This document shows, piece by piece, positions 1-8,761 of a DNA stretch of 57,308 bases. Position 1 is the first letter of the stretch; the number at the start of each line of letters is the position of its first letter. Under the pieces are notes generated by a model. That model saw nothing but the letters and a program-made list of their open reading frames with translations. It did not search any database and had not been told where the DNA came from. The position numbers were made by a program, and so were the translations under genes. The DNA is from Candidatus Omnitrophota bacterium. GTDB taxonomy: Bacteria; Omnitrophota; Omnitrophia; Omnitrophales; Aquincolibacteriaceae. Location: the NCBI GenBank assembly GCA_043803685.1, contig JAZDJU010000049.1, positions 1 to 57,308 of the forward strand, read 5' to 3'.

Positions 1-329
1 ATTGAAGCGAGCGCCAAAGCCGCAAGATGGACATCATCAGGATCGCGTTCCTTGAGAAGGCGCGCTGCTTGAGGGGTGTGACTGTGATAATGCTTCTCAT
101 CAAAAACTACCATGGGAAGCATCTTCATCTGCAATGAAAGCGACCGTTCGTCCAAACCATACTTGGAAGCAAGGCGAGGGATATACTCTTCGACTTCCAG
201 GACGTTGAACCGGGTCGTGATCAATTCGATCTCGGGGCGTAGAAAGACTTGAAGAGCTGCCTTTCCGATCACCGCAGAAAGAATGACATTACTGTCCGCG
301 GCGAGTTTTCTTAAATTCCCGGAAGTCAC
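1..329 (-). CDS. PIN-domain (VapC-like) toxin, truncated by window edge
   Basis: Not in the ORF track. Manual translation from GTG at 329 gives MTSGNLRKLAADSNVILSAVIG...LEVEEY...RDPDDVHLAALAL, with PIN acidic motifs (DSNV, E, DPDD). Overlaps the upstream antitoxin. Confidence 0.85.
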   Translation of the reverse strand, partial: MTSGNLRKLAADSNVILSAVIGKAALQVFLRPEIELITTRFNVLEVEEYIPRLASKYGLDERSLSLQMKMLPMVVFDEKHYHSHTPQAARLLKERDPDDVHLAALALAS

Positions 330-555
330 TCAGGATCTCTTTTTCTTGGATCTTTTTCTTGGAAAGCTCCCCGGCAAAGCGACCACCGAGAGTCGCCACA
401 AAATCCCTTTTCAGTTCGATCGGGATCTCCTGCGTGGCTTGCAACGGAAGAAAGCACCCCACCATCTTGCCGCTCTTCGTAATAATGACCATATCCCCTT
501 TGCGGGCATAGCCTGAAATACCAATGCGGAAACTTCTAATAGACGCCAGCTTCAT
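289..555 (-). CDS. Phd/YefM-type antitoxin
   Basis: 88 aa with a Phd-like N-terminus (ASIRSFR...VIITKSGKMVGCFLP), GAGG RBS, directly upstream of the PIN gene. Confidence 0.75.
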   Translation of the reverse strand: MKLASIRSFRIGISGYARKGDMVIITKSGKMVGCFLPLQATQEIPIELKRDFVATLGGRFAGELSKKKIQEKEILSDFREFKKTRRGQ

Positions 556-579
556 GAGTCACCTCTTTCTCTGCAGGAG

Positions 580-608
580 AGCCTAGCACCCCCGAAATAA
601 TGTGTCAA
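580..608 (-). promoter_or_regulatory. sigma70-like promoter of the TA pair
   Basis: TTGACA (608-603), 17-nt spacer, TAGGCT (585-580). Confidence 0.55.
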
Positions 609-880
609 GTTTTGTGTACACGTAAAAAGTTCGAAAAAAAGAGCGCGGTTATCGTACGCGGCCATCCTCAAGCTGCGACGAACCGTGCTTGTTTATTGGA
701 AACAAGCGTCCCCAACGTTAGATCGAAACCTCAAGTTTCGATCTGCTTAACGTCCCAAAGCAATCGGCTTTGGGAGGGGATTTCTTTTCCCCCGCGCTTG
801 TCAGCGCGCTCCTCCAAAGCCGGCCGCCCTCGCTTGAACCTGTGGCGCTCGGGTCGGCTTCAAATCCCCTCCGTAAAAAC

Positions 881-916
881 AAATACCCCGAACAGCAAAA
901 GCTGTTCGGGGTATTT
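881..916 (-). terminator. Intrinsic terminator after tRNA-Glu
   Basis: Perfect 16-bp inverted repeat AAATACCCCGAACAGC-aaaa-GCTGTTCGGGGTATTT abutting the CCA end, followed by a T-rich tract on the minus strand. Confidence 0.75.
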
Positions 917-993
917 GGCGTCCCCAAGGGGATTTGAACCCCTGTTACCAGGATGAAAACCTGGTGTCCTAGGCCAACCTAGACGATGGGGAC
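916..993 (-). tRNA. tRNA-Glu(TTC)
   Basis: Cloverleaf: acceptor GTCCCCA/TGGGGAC, anticodon arm CCAGG-TTTTCAT-CCTGG, T arm AGGGG-TTCAAAT-CCCCT, encoded CCA. Confidence 0.97.
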
Positions 994-1128
994 GCGAAAT
1001 CTATACTGAGGCAACCGGCACTGACACCCACTGTGCCAGTGCGTGTTCGGTATGGACTTGACGTCCATCTCCGACACGAGGGCAGGATTATACTGTTTTT
1101 CGCAAAAATTCCAAGCGGATTAAACAGA

Positions 1129-4100
1129 TCAAGCGGCTGTCTGGATCCGGAGATAGCCTTGAATGGCGTTCATCACGACTGCCAGCAAGGTGGCATACTG
1201 AGAAGGCCGGTAAGTGTTTGCCGCATTCAAGTGTGCGTCCGATGCGACTTCCAACAAGGCTGTCGCGATCCCTGCGATCAACGCTTCCATGCGATTTCCA
1301 TCCTCAGTGACCCAATAGCTTTTGACATTTCTGCGCCGGGCCAAAAGCTTCTCGTCTCGAGCCATAAAAGCATCCGCTTCTTTTTCGCCCTCGAAGGATT
1401 TAAAGCGGTCGCTCCCGATCGCTGAAACGATCCGAAGCTGCCCTGGAGCCAACACGATCCCCTCTTGAGCCATGAGCTGATCAAATTGTTTCTGGATCGT
1501 TCGTAGAGTTTCGCCTTCGGCTTCCACATTGATCGAAAGACTGGCGTGCAAAGTCACCAGTAAACCAAGGACCATTGGAAAATGCCGGACAAATTCGTCC
1601 CAGGATTTATTGTCCAAACCCGCCAGGTTCACATGAAGTTGAGGCCCCATCGCGGCATCCCGGGAGGCAAGCGTCCTCACATCTCCGGGAATAGAAGCCA
1701 TGAAGATCTCGAGAAATTGACTGAGCCGCGCACCCGTGATCTGCCCTTCCTTTTCGGAGGCGCTCATGGCCTCGATCAATTGCATCGCGATCCAAAGTCG
1801 CGCTTTACCCGCATCTTGCGTCAATAAGACGATGCTTCGGTCGGAGTAGAGACCTCCCAGAATTTGCGCGGCAAATTCGATCGAAGGAATGTCCGTTTCC
1901 GGGACCAACGTCTTCACCTGATCGAAAACACCCAATTTCAGATCTTGCATCAAGGATTCTTGGATCTCCGCCGTCGACCCGCGAAGCTCCGAACGTTGGG
2001 ATGATCCTAGTGATCCCTTAAACGGCAATGTCCCCTGATAAAGCCTAAGTCCCTTCGCGGCTTGCGTCATAAAAGACAACCCTTCGGCGAAAAGAAAGAT
2101 CTGACGACGACGCGCTACGCCGATCCGGTCCTTCGATATCTGAGACGGAGGATAGAGATCCACGAGTTCCTCTGTCGGAAGACGCTTGAATTTGTGCCAA
2201 CCGTTCAAGATGCTAAGGACGTATTCGGGACTTTTCGTTTTATCGATTGAAGTCTGCCAGGGCTCAAGAGACCACTCCAGAACCGTCTCAGGGAATGTCT
2301 TTACCAGTTCCAAGAAATTTATTTGATAGCCGGGCGTCGTTTCAATAAAGCGCAGCATCCCTACGAGCCAGGCATCCGCCTCTTTTCGAATGTACTTCTT
2401 AAGAGCATCGTTACTGACTTCGCCTTTAGCGCGGAACGCGGTGGGGTTGTAGTAACCCATGGTCCATTTCTCCAGGATATTGCGCAAAGGCGTTAAGGTT
2501 TTTTCGTCTGCACGAAAACCTTTGTAGTGTTGCTTTTCAAAATCCGCGAAGATGCCGTCCACGGTCGTCTTCAGTTCTTGAATGCGCTTCGGATTCACGG
2601 ATTGATCTTTCAATAGGATCTCCTGGATCCCCTTCCATAGTCTGAAAAGATCCTGAAGCGCCCGAAACAAAGGCCTCGACTTCCAAATACCGGACATTTT
2701 TGTCCTGACTGCCGATACATTCATCCTCCCTAACTGATCAAAGAATTTCCCATCTTGTTTAATGAGCTTGGCCTGCAACGCGTCGAAAACGTGCGCCTGT
2801 TTCTCGTCCGGGCTCCGGATTTCCGAACGATTCGCCCCATTCTTTTCTAGTAATTGCGTGAGCGCATTTTGAGTAGCTTCCAGATTGAACGGCTTGGGCA
2901 ACGCGTCAAAAATAACTCCTTCGACCTCCAAGCTTCGAAACAAAGGCCCTATCACGGGATCTTTAAGATTTTCTTCCTTAAGTGCGCTCAAAAAAAGAAC
3001 GGGCACTCTTCTTATTTTCATCGCTTCAGCAACAAATTCCGGCCCCGTCATTTCCGGCATATTGACATCGGAAATGATAAAATCGAAAAACTCTGGATTC
3101 GCACTAAAGATCTCTAGCGCCTCTCTCCCATTACGGGCAATTTGCATATTCTTAGCCTTAACTCCTAAACTCTGCTGGAGGACTGCCGGCACGAGCATAT
3201 TCATAAGCGGATCATCATCGACAAGAAGAAACCGTTTCGAAGCAAGTTCTTTCGGCCGCAGCAACTGTCGTGATGCTTCAGCGATCCCTAAGATCTGGTG
3301 TCTTGCCGGGATAGGGCTGGCATCCAACGTCTTAGTGATGAATTGTTTGATCTTGGCTATCGACACCAGATCCAATAGCCAATCTTTATGGATCGCCATA
3401 GAATTTTCCCGGTAGGTCCTTTCGAGAGAGGCATCCGGATCCATCGACAAGATCTGCAACTGAGGACGATTCAAATCCGTAGCGATCGACGAAAGACCGG
3501 CGGGCGTCACTACAAGATCAGAAGCATTGATGATATTCCGAACGATGCCCATCGAAAGATTCTCGGGCACTTTCATAATAAGATGCGCTTTTGTAGGATA
3601 CTTCTTTGCAAGCTCAGCGGTCACATAATCTACCGCGGGACGGCCCTCTTGATTCAAAGGTCCACCCTGTGAAAAAACAAGATAAGCATCGTGGTCAGCA
3701 AGGATCCAGGACAGAGCATTCAACCATACTTCCGGCGTAACCTCATGCGGAGGTTTCCTTGAAAAAGTATTTACAAAAATGATCTTCCGCCCGTCACGAA
3801 TGGCCGCATCACCAAGCCCCTTCTTCTCGAACATGCTGAAAAGGATGCCTCGCAAACGCTCTCTTTCTTGATCACTCACCTCGGCATGTCCCAGATCCAG
3901 GGTCTGCAGGTCCATGCCATCGCTTAGGAGACCCATCTCGCGATAGATCCTGAGAACGAGCTCCTCATAAACAGGTCGATTCCCTGTGCCCTTCTTGGTG
4001 AGTCGCGTAAGGTCGTCGGTCCCTTTCACGAGCCTGGCTCCTTCCCGGTCCGTCATGAGTACTGCCTTCGGTTTGACCGTCCCCGTAGAGAATGTTTCAG

Positions 4101-7100
4101 GAAGCGGGTTCATATGAGAGAAAACAACCGGCGCGGAATATTCATGAGATCCTGAGCTAGAGACCCCCTGGGTCATCTGAAAAAGCCTCCCAAGATTTTC
4201 GCCTGGTTTGGTGAAGTCGAAAACCATATCGTAATGATTAGAAACAAGCCACATAGCAAGCCCTGCAGTTTTTCCCTCCAAAGCATCCCCGATAATTCCG
4301 TCATCGATAGGAATGACCTTCAAAATGCCGTCCACAGGTTCCAGAGGCGGCAATCTATTCTTTCGATGCTCCGCATCCATCACCGGAAAAACTTTCCCGA
4401 CGAAATGGTCGGAGGAAAACTGGTTGGGATAATCGACCGCCAGATGGAGCTCCCATTCCGGAAATTTCTTCTGCAAAAGCCGCACAAAATGAGAGTAAAG
4501 CATCCACTCCCGACTCATGCTCTCTTTTCCGTACTTTTGATTCCCGAAAATGAAAACTTTCTTCACCGAATCGGCGGACATTTTTTCAAGCGGCCTTTCA
4601 ACCTCCCCCGAGTTCCTCATTTCAGAACGCTGTGTGAGATGAGGAGGCCAGAAAGTGAATTCGCCGACAGGATCTCGGAAGATCTTTTCTAGATCTTCAA
4701 GGGGGATCGGCTTCCTGAAGAAATGGACGGGTCTTTGAGCGGCAAGCTTGTTGACCACTACACGAAAAGGGCCGGCATCTTCCTCCTTCAGACTGGCCAT
4801 CATAAACACTATCGGAATATCACTGAAACGTTCCGGCATCTTCTGAACCCATTCGGTCCCCTTCATGCCTGAGATCTGAAATTCTGTCAAAATGGCGTCC
4901 GGAGTCCACGTTTCCAGATTTTTCAACGCCTCCGCCGCCGAATAAACCTGTCGCGCCTGAAAACCCACGACCTTCAGCATTCGAGCTATCACATCGGCTA
5001 CATTTGGATCATTATCGATCACCAGAATATTTTGAATCGGCTTCGCCAAAGGCTGTCTGTTCCCCTCACGGACCTCTGAACGTTGTGCTTCCAGTTCTTT
5101 AAATATCGCTACTAACATTTTCGCATCGTAAGGTTTGTCAACAAAATAGACCGTGTGCTGCGCTTCCCTTAGAACTTTCACCGCCAGATCAAATGCAGTT
5201 TGATCCTTAATGCGGCCGCTCATAAAAACAACCGGTACATGCTCAAAACCTGGCATTTTGGATGCCGTCAGGACCCATTCGGGGCCTGTCATCCCTGGCA
5301 TCTGGACGTCCGAAAGAATGAAGTCCGGAACATACGTGTTGAGTCTTCCTAAAGCCTCCTCACCGGAAGACACTGACTCCGCTTGGAAACCAGCCCTTTG
5401 AAGCTGGCGAACCGCCATATTCGCTACCATTTCTTCATCATCTACGACCAGGATTTTCTTGATCTCATTGGCCAAAGGCTGCCGGTTTTCACGAACCTCG
5501 GAACGCGCTTCGGGCCAATATTCAAAATTCAGGTGTGGCTCTGCGAGTAATGGCTTCAAAACAGATGGCGAAAAGGGCTTTCCCAATAAATGAATCGGGC
5601 GCACTTTGGCCAAGTCCTGCATCGTCTTCTGAAGTGCCTCATCTGCAATCCACCCGGTCAAAAATATAACGGGAATCTTAGCAAGCTCCGGTATTTCAGA
5701 AAATCTTTGGACCATTTCGGGTCCCATCATCCCAGGCATCGAGATGTCCGATAGCACAATGTCCGGGGTAAAATCTCTAAGCATTTCTAAGGCCCTCGGT
5801 CCCGAATCGGCGGTAACAACCTCGAATCCATGCCCGTCGTGAAGCACCCTCACTGCAAGATCTCGCGATAATTTCTCGTCATCCACCACCAGGATCTTTT
5901 GGATCGGTTTCGCCAAAGGCTTTCGAACCTCCGAACGTACCTCGGGCCAATATTTGAAATGCACTTCCGGTTCTGCGAACAATGTTTGCATGGAATTTGG
6001 AGGAAATGGTTTACCTAAAAAGTGGGTCGGATGTCGCTCGGAAAGCGCCTCGATGGCCTGATCTAATGCCACCTGATCTCCCACGTAAGCGCTCATGAAA
6101 ACAACGGGTACGCTTTCCAACCCCGGCATCTGGGCTGCTTTCAGGACCCACTCAGGACCTGTCATCCCGGGCATCAGGACATCTGTAAGAATGGCGTCCG
6201 GAGTAAATTTTTCGAGTATTTCTAGCGCTTGAGCCCCCGAATCGGCCGTCACCACTTCAAACCCAGCAGGCTTAAGTAGGCGTTTTATGGAAAACGTGAT
6301 CGATTCTTCATCATCCACAATCAGGATGTTTTTAATCCGCTTCGCCAGAGGCTCCCGATTTTCACGAACCTCCGAACGTGTTGCTGCCCCATAAGAGACC
6401 GGTGGCCGGCCAGACACAAGATTGGAAAAATCAACGCCAGCTCCGGATCCAACCTTCGCCAAAGCACGCTGAAAGGAAATAGCGCCGGTAATGGCGGGCG
6501 AAGCGATCGTTGAGTTTTTGGAAGTAAGCGTTCGGGGCATAAAACGCAAGGCCTTCCCGTCGGGGCCCGAGGATTGCACCACGACGGAAGAGGAAAGCAC
6601 CGGGTGCGCCTGGACCGCCTTCGCTACGGCCGCGGTAACGCTCGCCGGTTCCATATGATATTTCTCTGAGAGAAGCGGCGTTGCGACCTCGATCATTTCC
6701 CTGAAAAGAAGCGCTTCCTGTTTCGTAGCAAAGGGATTCTTGACCTTGAAATAAGCGGTCAGGTCCGCGTGATCCTCGGCCATCACTTTCTGATAGAGCT
6801 CCCCGCGATCGGTCCGGCTAATGTGCGGCATGAGCGTCACGTAGCCGATCTCCTGCTCTCGTAAGATCGCGTCGATACCGTCTGTGTGAAAGCCTCCGGT
6901 GATCAGGACCGTGACCCTCTTTTCTTTCCCGCTATTTCCCTTCCCTAAAGCCAGCGCGTTTTCGACAAGGATCCGGTCCCGGAGAAGCGTTGAGTCATAA
7001 AAATAATAGGCCTTGGAAAGCGCGGCTTTCAACTCGGGAGAATTTTTCACGGCAGCGGCCATCGCTTCGCTTTCACGTGCCATCCGCTCATATTCGTCGC

Positions 7101-8487
7101 GCGTCAATTCGAGGGAAAGAATTTTTTCCAGCAGATCAAAAGAATTCAGACGCGAGACCAGCTCTTTTTCGAGGTGGGTCGTCGCAAGCTTCTCGACGAG
7201 CATCCCCTCCAGAGCGTTCATCTCATCGAGAAGTCCTGCCGCCTCGACCTCCTCTTGAAGGATGAACAACTCGAAACTCCGGAGAAAGGGTTCGTGGCCT
7301 TCGAGCGAGATAGAATATTTCCTGGAAAAGAGAAACAGCTGTTCGAGGAGTTTTCGGGGATAAAGCGCCGCCTCGGTGGCGGGACGAACAGCCGCTCCGC
7401 CTTGCGAACCCGAGAGTAGACCGTTTTCATGGCCCCAGAATTCAAGGGACCGAACAAAGTCCTGTCCGGTGATGTCTTTCGCGTTTTTTTTCATCGCGGC
7501 AAGAACATTCGCCCAATCTTCCCGGGCCTTCGCGGCATTGAAACTCTTTTGGACCTCAGCCGCCAAAAGCATTTTCATGAGGTTCGGAAAACGCAATTGC
7601 TCAAGTGGATCTTTGAGATCGATCTGGAGGGTTTTGGTGGCCTGCTTTTTCAAATACTGAACATAGGCTTGAAGGTCGGGGGCTCCGCCCACCCGGTCCG
7701 GATAATACTTCCCCTCCTTACGACGTTTCCGCTCCTTCAAAAAATCGAGCAGGTCTGCGTTCAAACCCCGCGAGACTTCGGCTTCTAATAGGGCCCGAAG
7801 GGGGGTCAAACGAGTTTGAATTTCATCCCGTTTAAAAAGAAGTTCCCGGTATGTTTTTAGATTCTCGCGATAAAGATCAATGTCTTCGACGCCGCTTACC
7901 CGTACGGCGTTTTGCGTACGGCGTTCCACGTCCGCCATTTTCAGACCCACATTTTTTAGGCGCTCGCCGTAGTCCGTACTCCGTACGCTGGACGTATTCG
8001 CTTCTTGCAAAAGATAAAGCTCCGCGCCGCCCAGTTCGCCTTTTTTGAGAAGATCGTCAACGACCGCCTGGTTGGCTTCCGGAAATTTTTTGAAAAATTG
8101 CAGGTATTCCGGATGAAGGGGCCCCGCGACACCCTCGACGCCGATCGCGAGGTTGGGGTATTTCTGTGCTAAAAACTTGAGGATCCCGGCGATGTTCTTC
8201 TGAGCTTCGGGATTCGCGTGAGCATCCTGGATATGAACGACGAACTCTTGCGAAGCAGTTCCCGCGGGCGGCTCCCAGGAGGACACGAGAGAGCCGAGTT
8301 CAGCAGGAATGGCATAGAGATCTTTTCGAAGGCCATCCGACTCCTTAACTTTGCCTTCAAAGTTAAGCCTTTCAGAAGAGGCAAAGGCTTGAGGCAGACT
8401 TCCAGTGAGCGTAGTCACCGTAAAAATGATGGCCACAAGTAAAGAAATCCCCCTACACATCAACGGTCTACTAGATAAAGTTGTCAT
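1129..8487 (-). CDS. Giant 2452-aa modular protein: signal peptide, TIKI/ChaN/EreA-like domain, 4 tandem REC, GT9-like, REC, two unknown domains
   Basis: Signal peptide ending PQAFA; HIQDAH / GVEG / RD / TGGFH motifs; five receiver domains (IL[IV]VDD...D..MPGM.G...KP[FY] pattern); seven RSExR linkers. Confidence 0.9.
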   Translation of the reverse strand: MTTLSSRPLMCRGISLLVAIIFTVTTLTGSLPQAFASSERLNFEGKVKESDGLRKDLYAIPAELGSLVSSWEPPAGTASQEFVVHIQDAHANPEAQKNIAGILKFLAQKYPNLAIGVEGVAGPLHPEYLQFFKKFPEANQAVVDDLLKKGELGGAELYLLQEANTSSVRSTDYGERLKNVGLKMADVERRTQNAVRVSGVEDIDLYRENLKTYRELLFKRDEIQTRLTPLRALLEAEVSRGLNADLLDFLKERKRRKEGKYYPDRVGGAPDLQAYVQYLKKQATKTLQIDLKDPLEQLRFPNLMKMLLAAEVQKSFNAAKAREDWANVLAAMKKNAKDITGQDFVRSLEFWGHENGLLSGSQGGAAVRPATEAALYPRKLLEQLFLFSRKYSISLEGHEPFLRSFELFILQEEVEAAGLLDEMNALEGMLVEKLATTHLEKELVSRLNSFDLLEKILSLELTRDEYERMARESEAMAAAVKNSPELKAALSKAYYFYDSTLLRDRILVENALALGKGNSGKEKRVTVLITGGFHTDGIDAILREQEIGYVTLMPHISRTDRGELYQKVMAEDHADLTAYFKVKNPFATKQEALLFREMIEVATPLLSEKYHMEPASVTAAVAKAVQAHPVLSSSVVVQSSGPDGKALRFMPRTLTSKNSTIASPAITGAISFQRALAKVGSGAGVDFSNLVSGRPPVSYGAATRSEVRENREPLAKRIKNILIVDDEESITFSIKRLLKPAGFEVVTADSGAQALEILEKFTPDAILTDVLMPGMTGPEWVLKAAQMPGLESVPVVFMSAYVGDQVALDQAIEALSERHPTHFLGKPFPPNSMQTLFAEPEVHFKYWPEVRSEVRKPLAKPIQKILVVDDEKLSRDLAVRVLHDGHGFEVVTADSGPRALEMLRDFTPDIVLSDISMPGMMGPEMVQRFSEIPELAKIPVIFLTGWIADEALQKTMQDLAKVRPIHLLGKPFSPSVLKPLLAEPHLNFEYWPEARSEVRENRQPLANEIKKILVVDDEEMVANMAVRQLQRAGFQAESVSSGEEALGRLNTYVPDFILSDVQMPGMTGPEWVLTASKMPGFEHVPVVFMSGRIKDQTAFDLAVKVLREAQHTVYFVDKPYDAKMLVAIFKELEAQRSEVREGNRQPLAKPIQNILVIDNDPNVADVIARMLKVVGFQARQVYSAAEALKNLETWTPDAILTEFQISGMKGTEWVQKMPERFSDIPIVFMMASLKEEDAGPFRVVVNKLAAQRPVHFFRKPIPLEDLEKIFRDPVGEFTFWPPHLTQRSEMRNSGEVERPLEKMSADSVKKVFIFGNQKYGKESMSREWMLYSHFVRLLQKKFPEWELHLAVDYPNQFSSDHFVGKVFPVMDAEHRKNRLPPLEPVDGILKVIPIDDGIIGDALEGKTAGLAMWLVSNHYDMVFDFTKPGENLGRLFQMTQGVSSSGSHEYSAPVVFSHMNPLPETFSTGTVKPKAVLMTDREGARLVKGTDDLTRLTKKGTGNRPVYEELVLRIYREMGLLSDGMDLQTLDLGHAEVSDQERERLRGILFSMFEKKGLGDAAIRDGRKIIFVNTFSRKPPHEVTPEVWLNALSWILADHDAYLVFSQGGPLNQEGRPAVDYVTAELAKKYPTKAHLIMKVPENLSMGIVRNIINASDLVVTPAGLSSIATDLNRPQLQILSMDPDASLERTYRENSMAIHKDWLLDLVSIAKIKQFITKTLDASPIPARHQILGIAEASRQLLRPKELASKRFLLVDDDPLMNMLVPAVLQQSLGVKAKNMQIARNGREALEIFSANPEFFDFIISDVNMPEMTGPEFVAEAMKIRRVPVLFLSALKEENLKDPVIGPLFRSLEVEGVIFDALPKPFNLEATQNALTQLLEKNGANRSEIRSPDEKQAHVFDALQAKLIKQDGKFFDQLGRMNVSAVRTKMSGIWKSRPLFRALQDLFRLWKGIQEILLKDQSVNPKRIQELKTTVDGIFADFEKQHYKGFRADEKTLTPLRNILEKWTMGYYNPTAFRAKGEVSNDALKKYIRKEADAWLVGMLRFIETTPGYQINFLELVKTFPETVLEWSLEPWQTSIDKTKSPEYVLSILNGWHKFKRLPTEELVDLYPPSQISKDRIGVARRRQIFLFAEGLSFMTQAAKGLRLYQGTLPFKGSLGSSQRSELRGSTAEIQESLMQDLKLGVFDQVKTLVPETDIPSIEFAAQILGGLYSDRSIVLLTQDAGKARLWIAMQLIEAMSASEKEGQITGARLSQFLEIFMASIPGDVRTLASRDAAMGPQLHVNLAGLDNKSWDEFVRHFPMVLGLLVTLHASLSINVEAEGETLRTIQKQFDQLMAQEGIVLAPGQLRIVSAIGSDRFKSFEGEKEADAFMARDEKLLARRRNVKSYWVTEDGNRMEALIAGIATALLEVASDAHLNAANTYRPSQYATLLAVVMNAIQGYLRIQTAA

Positions 8488-8582
8488 ATCTTTTTTGTTT
8501 ATATTGATTAATTTTTCTTGCCGCCAAGCTCGAAAAAGGAAGGTTTTTTAAGGGCTTTTCTAATGTTTTTCTTTGAGGCGTA

Positions 8583-8612
8583 AGTATACACACCAATCCA
8601 AGGATTTGTCAA
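8583..8612 (-). promoter_or_regulatory. sigma70 promoter of the giant gene
   Basis: TTGACA (8612-8607), 18-nt spacer, TATACT (8588-8583), about 95 nt upstream of the ATG. Confidence 0.6.
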
Positions 8613-8761
8613 ATATATAACTAGCCGCTAACCATTGAAAACAATAGGGTTACATCATTTCTTAGCATAATAATCCAAGGGAGCTAGGAAAATCGTGAAA
8701 AGAACGCATCCTGGAGATCCATGAGCTCATATTCCATTAAGGAGAACTCTACGAGAAAGTG

